64,000 bases of DNA from positions 93,992,001 to 94,056,000 of the forward strand of contig OX597822.1 of assembly GCA_951406725.2 (NCBI GenBank), written 5' to 3'. The notes under the pieces are model-generated. The model saw only the letters and a program-made list of their open reading frames with translations. It was not told the DNA's origin and searched no databases. The position numbers and the translations under genes are program-made. The number at the start of each line of letters is the position of its first letter. The first letter of the stretch is position 1. Below, one piece after another: positions 57,301-64,000 of the stretch. Origin of the DNA: Octopus vulgaris (Eukaryota).

Positions 57301-59739
57301 CTATCAGATGTATCTAAACATGTGTAAAATATCTAGTCTCAACGTTTTGTTAATCTTCTATAATATATATTTCAATACACTTATTCCTACTGACCCTTAT
57401 ATTACGCCTGCTACATATATATATGCACACACACATATGTATCCTCCTCCTCCAATTCATCATCATCATCAGCAGCATTTTCGAAGTCCACTTTTCCATG
57501 CTTGCATGGGTTGGATGGAATTTGTTGAAGCAGATATTCTAAAGCCAGATGCTCTTTCTGTCACTAACTCTCACCTGTTTCCAAGTAAGGTAGCATTTCC
57601 CCATGACCAGATAGGTTTTCAAGGACAATTAGAAACAAAAGACTCTGCTTGTGTGATGATGACACTCATTTACAACTATCACATGATGTCATGGCAAGGA
57701 GACAATAACACACACACACACATATGATGGGCTTTTCAAATTCTGTCAACTAAATTCACTCACAAGGCTTTGGTTGGCCCAGGGCTGTGGTAGAAGAATC
57801 TTGCTCATGGTACCATGCATAAGACTGAACCTGGAGCCATGTGAAAGGGAAGTAAACAGCCACTCCACCAGCTATATTGTTAGAAATAACAGACACAAAA
57901 AAAAAACCGTAAAATAATATAAATTATTGTTGTCAAACCTGAGATAATTTATCTTCAATAGGAAACTTGTTTTCTGGATCGATATTTACTTGGAAATTGA
58001 GTTGGCTAAATCGGCCTTGGAAAGTAAGAGGTCCAACAAATTTACTGTCCAGTTGGTCAAATTTTCTAACACTTGCAACACCATATTTCTTTAACCACAT
58101 TTGAAGAGGAGTCCCTGAATGTGTATGGCACTGATTTTTTAAACTGAACAGAAGACTCATGGCCTGAAAAAAATAATAATAAGAAGAAGAACTGTTCGTA
58201 AAATTTTTAGAAAAATAATGTTTTTTAATAGAGGCACAAAAAACATGAGATTTTGGGGGGAGGGTTTAGTCAAATTGGCCTTAGGACTGGTGTTGGTGTC
58301 ACATAAAAAGCACTGGTGATGGTGCCACATAAAAAGTACCCAGTACTCTCTGTAAAGTGAAGGCGCGTGGCTCAGTGGTTAGAGCGTCGAGCTTACGATC
58401 GTGAGGTTGTGAGCTCGAATCCCGGACTGGGCTGCGTGTTATGTTCTTGAGCAAGACACTTTATTTCACGTTGCTCCAGTCCACTCAGCTGTAGAAATGA
58501 GTTGCGACGTCACAGGTGCCAAGCTGTATCGGCCCTTGCCTTTCCTTTGGATAACATCGGTAACGTGGAGAGGGGAGGCCAGTATGCATGGGCAACTGCT
58601 GGTCTTCCATAAAACAACCTTGCCCAGACTTGTGCCTCAGAGGGTAACTCTCTAGGTGCAAACCCATGGTCAGTGTCTGACCGAAGGGGGTCACTCACTC
58701 TCTGTAAAGTAGGTGGCATTAAGAAGGGCACCCAGTTGTAGAAACCAAGTCAAAACAGACCATGGAACCTGGTGCAGCCCCTGGCCTTGCCAGTTCCTGT
58801 CAAGGCTTCAAACCCATGCCAGCATGGAAACATCATTCAACATTTGTTTTCCATATTGGCATGGGTTGACAGTTTGACCAGAGGTGGCAAGCTGCAATAG
58901 ACTCCAATCTGATTTGGCATGATTTCTATGGCTGGATACCCTTCATGATGTTAAATACCTAACAAAAAAATACAATTGGTATTTTCTGATCAGTAACCTT
59001 GTCCTTTAATTCCAATACCTTTTGTGTGAGTGTGTGCACTAATGCAAGTACCATTTCACTCTCTCTCTCATCACCATCTCACCTACTGTCAACACTCACT
59101 CACTTCTACTTTTCTTACATAAATCTATAAGGCATGTGGTTTAATGGTTAGGGTATTTGATCACTATCATGAGGTTGTGAGTTCAATTCCCAGTGGTGCA
59201 ATTGTGCCCTTAAGCAAGACACTTTATTTCACATTACTTCAATTCACAGACTGGGCTGTGTTGTGTTCTTGAGCAAGACACTTTATTTCACCTTGCTCCA
59301 GTTCACTCAGCTGGCAAAAATGAGTTGTACCTGTTGTATTTTACAAGGGCCTGTCTTGTCACACTGAATCTCCCTGGGAACTACATTAAGGGTACATGTG
59401 TCCAGGGAGTGCTCAGCCACTTGCATGTTAATTTCACAGGCCAGCTGTAGACTGGATCATTTCGAGCCCTTGCCACTTTATGTGTATGTGTGTGTGTGTG
59501 TGTGTATGTGTATGTACACACATACATATACACACAACGGGGTGCAGCAAAGTTCCTGGCTTTAAGGGTATCACAAAAGGCCTGGTTGGAGGCCCAAATT
59601 TCCAAGTTCTTTTACAGAGCTTAGTAAAACTGCAATAAGTAAGTCGATCTGAGAGGGGAATATGTTGAATAAAATCATAATTAACTGATCCTCCTATATT
59701 TTCTTTTACCCAAAGCCAGGAACTTTTCAATACTCCCTC

Positions 59740-59805
<66 letters not shown>

Positions 59806-61625
59806 GCCCATTGGTTAGGGCAGTGAACTCGCGGTCGTAGGATCGCGGTTTCGATTCCCAGACTGGGCGTTGTGAGTGTTTATTGAGCGAAAACACCTAA
59901 AGCTCCACGAGGCTCTGGCAGGGGGTGGTGGCGATCCCTGCTGTACTCTTTCGCCACAACTTTCTCCCTCTCTTTCTTCTGTTGGCCTGCTCACTTAGCC
60001 AGCGGGGTGGTGTCATTTGAAGGCTAAAACAATGCGAAGCGTATTGTGACCAGCGAAGTGTAGCAACATCTGATAGCCTGGTCGGTCACGGTGATCACAG
60101 TGATATATATATATATAGAGAGAGAGAGATACATATATTCCACCACATTTCTTAAAAACTGTGGCTGAAGCCTTGGTCTCGGGACCACTCATGTCTAGAA
60201 ACTGAGGTTGGGGGTAAACAAGAGCATGCTTACCCCCAACCTCTTACCCCCGTAGAAAATCCAGCTCTGAAAAGCCTCATGATAATAGCAAAGGAGAATG
60301 GGCACCAGCTAGCCCAAAGGTTGGGGTGGACTGCACCTGCCTACCTGAAAAAGGAAGGTGCAAACCCTCATCCTTGGTTGTGCAAGCATGACTTCCCTTA
60401 TGATGGCCAATGGCCTGAGGAGAAGCTTGGGGTGAGGCTGGGAAGTTGGAATGTGGGCAGTCTGTGTGGAAGGGGAATTGAGGAAGAGAAGGGTGGATGT
60501 GTGCTGTGTGCAGGAGGTTAGGTGGGGGGGGGCAGGGTGCAAGATTTGTGGGGATCAAGGGAAGAAGGTACAAGTTGTAGTGGTTGAGAAATGGCAAGGG
60601 GACTGGAGGTGGGGGAGTTTTGGTGAAGGAAGAAATCTGTGAGAAGGTTGTGGAGGTCGGGAGAAAGTGTGACAGGGTGATTTGTGGGGATGGTCTGCAA
60701 AGTGGAAGAGGGATCGCTGAGAAAGAGCAGTTCTTTGATGAAATGGTGATTGAGTGGGACTTACATAGGGTAGATGAATTGGTTTTGGGCAGAGGTGATT
60801 TTAATGGACATGTTGGGAAATGGATCCTTTGAGGGTGTGCAAGGGGGAAATGGAATTGGGGAGAGAAATTTGGAAGGAAGGATGCTGTTAGAGTTTTGTG
60901 ATGAGAAAGTGTTGTGTGTGATGAATACATGGTTTAGGAAAACAGAGAAAAGGAAGGTGACTTTCAGTGCAGGAAATTGTTGGTTGGCAGGAAAGACAGA
61001 AAGTATTTGAGAGATGTGAAGACAATACCGGGGGAGTTGCAGCACAGGGTGGTGGTTGCTGACTTGGATAAGAGGAAAGTTAAAAAGTGTGTAAGAAAGG
61101 GAACGATTGAGAGGAGAAAGGTGTAGAAACCAAAAGAAAAAGAAACAAGAGCAATTCCATTTCCCCCTTGCACACCCTCAAAGGATCCATTTCCCAACAT
61201 GTCCATTAAAATCACCTCTGCCCAAAACCAATTCATCTACCCTATGTAACTCCCACTCAATCATCATTTCATCAAAGAACTGCTCTTTCTCAGGGATCCC
61301 TCTTCCACTTTGCAGACCATCCCCACAAATCACCCTGTCATTCATACAAGCTTGGCTCTATTGAAAGAAAGAAATTGATCTGTGAGTAAAGTGAACTTAC
61401 CTTGCAGTCGGAATGTCCACACACAAATATGTGTCGTACGTTGTTGAGGACACAGGCAACTTCGATTGCACCAGCTTCAGCTGTCACAGAATTGAATGTA
61501 ATAGCATCTCTTGGAGGAAACAGATTACCTGCATTTCGAACTATATAAGCATCACCACAATCTATTTTGGTGAAGTGTGATGGCAGAACACGGTTATCAA
61601 TGCAGGAAATAAACAGGAAATTGGG
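54149..61625 (-). CDS. beta-class carbonic anhydrase (metazoan type); spliced, last 3 exons, 5'-partial
   Basis: Exons 61625-61401, 58163-57939 and 54355-54149, all phase 0 with GT-AG introns. Translation: PNFLFISCIDNRVLPSHFT...YIVRNAGNL...HIFVCGHSDCK|AMSLLFSL...IEDKLSQ|VNCLQQLQNIA...LHAIWIDVRTG...FSR...*. CxDxR and HxxC zinc motifs and RNAGN are diagnostic of beta-CA. Confidence 0.93.
55458..57415 (+). mobile_element. decayed Tc1-family (DD34E) DNA transposon with ~215-bp terminal inverted repeats, in a beta-CA intron
   Basis: TA|CAGTAGTGGCCATAATATAAGGG start; 55458-55674 is inverted at 57196-57415. Interrupted transposase ~56205-57180 with WSQIHFSNESKF and FVQDNTPCH...WPPQSPNLNPIENIW. A SINE is inserted at ~55695-56093. 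Confidence 0.88.
57939..58163 (-). CDS. beta-CA middle exon (AMSLLFSL...IDPENKFPIEDKLSQ)
   Basis: ttttcag|GCC...CAG|gtttga; EDKLSQ motif typical of animal beta-CAs. Confidence 0.92.
58359..58693 (+). mobile_element. SINE family C (head GAAGGCGCGTGGCTCAGTGGTTAG; TTGAGCAAGACACTTTATTTCACGTTGCTCCAGT core)
   Basis: Flanked by the direct repeat ACTCTCTGTAAAGT. Copies at 63640-63943 (-), 4160-4456 (-); related at 6592-6900, 43665-43987, 46260-46582. Confidence 0.85.
59535..59723. mobile_element. mariner-type MITE
   Basis: Inverted AAAGTTCCTGGCTTT / AAAGCCAGGAACTTT within degenerate TIRs, flanked by TA tracts. Confidence 0.6.
60140..61340 (+). mobile_element. decayed RTE-clade LINE 5' portion (APE endonuclease) with internal inverted duplication
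   Basis: Frameshifted RLGSWNVGSL, VDVCCVQEVRW, GDFNGHVG, GERNLEGRMLLEFC..NTWFRK endonuclease motifs. Confidence 0.85.
61401..61625 (-). CDS. beta-CA catalytic exon (CIDNR, RNAGN, CGHSDC)
   Basis: Minus strand ttctttcag|CCC...AAG|gtaagt; 75 codons; absent from the ORF track. Confidence 0.93.
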
Positions 61626-61817
61626 CTGAAAGAAAAAACAAAAAAAAATGAAGAATAAAGAAGTAGCATGTGGTAAGTAGCTTGCTTACCAACCACATGG
61701 TTTCAGGTTCAGTCCCACTGCGTGGCATCTTGGGCAAGTGTCTTCTGCTATAGCCTCAGGCCGACCAATGCCTTGTGAGTGGATTTGGTAGACGAAAACT
61801 GAAAGAAGCCCATCGTA

Positions 61818-61862
<45 letters not shown>

Positions 61863-62538
61863 ATATGTTTGTGTGTCTGTGTTTGTCCCCCTAGCATTGT
61901 TTGACAACCGATGCTGGTGTGTTTACATCCCTGTCACCTAGCGATTCAGCAAAAGAGACCGATAGAATAAGTACTGGGCTTAGAAAAAGAATAAGCCCCG
62001 GGGTCGATTTGCTCGACTAAAGGCGGTGCTCCAGCATGGCCGCAGTCAAATGACTGAAACAAGTAAAAGAATAAAGAGAGCAACATCATTAGCATCAAAC
62101 ATCTATTTACGATGCTGGCATGGGCTGGAAATATTGACCAGAGCTGGCAAGCTGGAGAGCTGCTCCAGGCTCTAGTTTGGTCTGGCATGGTTTCTATGGG
62201 TGGAAGTCCTTCCTAACACCAACTCCTTTACATAAAAAAAAAAAAAAAACACAGGCTGTATGGTTATGAAACTAGTTTTGCAACCACATGGTTTTCGGTT
62301 CGGTTTTACTTTGCAGTACTAGGGCAAATGTCTTCTCCTATAGCCCCAGGCCAACTAATGCCTTGTGAGCGAGTATGATAGGTGGAAACTGTGTAAACTC
62401 TTGAAAAATACCAAAGAATGAAAGAGTCATTGTCACAAGGTTTGTAATTAAAAGTTTTCTAATTGTAAAGGAAAGCAATAATGGTACTTGCTCACCTTGC
62501 TAGAAATAGCAGCCAATTATCCAACAGCTAATATATAT

Positions 62539-62935
62539 AGGCGCAGGAGTGGCTGTGTGGTAAGTAGCTTGCTAACCAACCACATGGTTTCGGGTTCAGT
62601 CCCACTGCATGGCATCTTGGGCAAGTGTCTTCTGCTATAGCCCCGGGCCAACCAATGCCTTGTGAGTGGATTTGGTAGATGGAAACTGAAAGAAGCCTGT
62701 CGTATATATGTATATATATATGTGCGTGTTTGTGTGTCTGTGTCTGTTCCCCTAGCATGGCTTGACAACCAATGCTGGTGTGTTTACGTCCCCGTCACTT
62801 AGCGGTTCGGCAAAAGAGACCAATAGAATAAGTACTGGGCTTACAAAGAATAAGTTCCGGGGTCGATTTGCTCGACTAAAGGCGGTGCTCCAGCATGGCC
62901 GCAGTCAGATGACTGAAACAAGTAAAAGAGTAAAA
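62539..62935 (+). mobile_element. SINE family A (tRNA-like head, internal TA/TG microsatellite, tail CAGTCAAATGACTGAAACAAGTAAAAGA)
   Basis: Highly similar copies at ~61668-62072, 55695-56093, 42960-43280, 42098-42500 (+) and 31385-31797, 54975-55220, 4980-5367 (-). Confidence 0.88.
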
Positions 62936-63942
62936 GAGAGAGAGAGAGAGCTCATTTAACCCTGCCATCTTAGAAATGAAGGAAACCTCGCACAATGCAG
63001 GGTTAGATAAAAAGAAAATAAAGAGAAAAAACACTGGCTGTGTAGTTAAGAAGGTTGCTTTGTAACCACATGGTTTTGGGTTCAATCCTACCTTGCAGCA
63101 CTTGGGCAAGTGTCTTTTCTATCTTCTGTTTTCTTTTTATCTAACACTGCATATTATGCAAGGTGTCTTTCATTTCTAAAATGGCAGGGTTAAGTGAGCT
63201 GTTGGAGAATTGACTGCTGTTTCTAGCAAGGTGAGCAGTTGCCATTGTTAATTTTCTTTAGAATTAGAAAACTTTTAATTACAGACCTCTTCAGTCAGAG
63301 CTGACCTGTGGTTAGCAGCAACAACAACAATAATAATAATAATGAAGTACTTGATATACACGGGAAGAATATAAGAAAAGATGGTCATCAGGTCTACTCA
63401 GTCATGACTGACCTAGGGTAAAATAAGAAGAATGCCAGCAGCTAATAAATGTATTCCTTTATACAGTCTGAGACCCATGGGATTGCACCTAGAAAGTTAT
63501 CCTCCCAAATACAAGTCCAGGCAAGGTTGTTTTATGGGAGACCAGCAGTCGCCCATGCATACCAGCCTCCCCTCTTCATGCCACCGATGTTATCCAAGGG
63601 AATGGCAAGGGCTGATACATTGTAAAGCTCAATGAGGAGAAGACCCCCTTTCGGTCATAAATGACCATGGGATTGCATCTAGAAAGTTACCCTCCGAGGC
63701 ACAAGTCCGGACAAGGTTGTTTGTGGGAGGCCAGTAGTCGCCCATGCTTACCAGCCTCCCCTCTCCACACCACCGATGTTATCCAAGGGAAAGGCAAAGG
63801 GGCTGATACAGTTTGGCACCTGTGACATCGCAACTCATTTCTACAGCTGAGTGAAGAACACAACATGCAGCCCGGTCCGGGATTCAAGCTCACAACCTCA
63901 CGATCATAAGCTCGATGCTCTAACCACTGGGCCATGCGACTT

Positions 63943-63977
<35 letters not shown>

Positions 63978-64000
63978 GGAGCAGGAGAGGCTGTGTGGTA

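Noticed and set aside
58359-58435. tRNA-like sequence with A and B boxes
   Set aside because: It is the head of a multi-copy SINE and continues into the SINE body; no complete cloverleaf followed by a terminator. The same holds for other SINE heads.
62956-63193. Apparent TTAA-flanked piggyBac MITE
   Set aside because: The symmetry extends well beyond the TTAA sites, so it is part of a larger inverted duplication.

Overview
Eukaryotic, AT-rich, microsatellite- and SINE-dense genomic DNA. The repeat landscape suggests a coleoid cephalopod, most likely Octopus (inference). Nearly all ORFs in the supplied track are microsatellite or SINE artefacts. Reading splice sites by hand gives two convergent intron-containing genes, both with 5' ends outside the window. 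(1) Plus strand: 20 phase-consistent GT-AG exons (854-29206; 2463 nt = 820 aa + stop) encoding a Drosophila-type TIMELESS (tim1-like) clock protein that looks unusually compact. (2) Minus strand: 3 exons (61625-54149) encoding most of a metazoan beta-class carbonic anhydrase with a variant CIDNR zinc motif. The rest is transposable-element debris: several SINE families; CR1, RTE and R4/Dong LINE fragments; an IR/DR-type Tc1 element; hAT, Mutator-like, piggyBac-like and mariner MITEs; a non-autonomous Helitron; decayed hammerhead-like motifs; several inverted duplications; and tandem repeats. All homology statements come from recalled motifs, not database searches. I found no prokaryote-style system and no clearly new multi-gene system.
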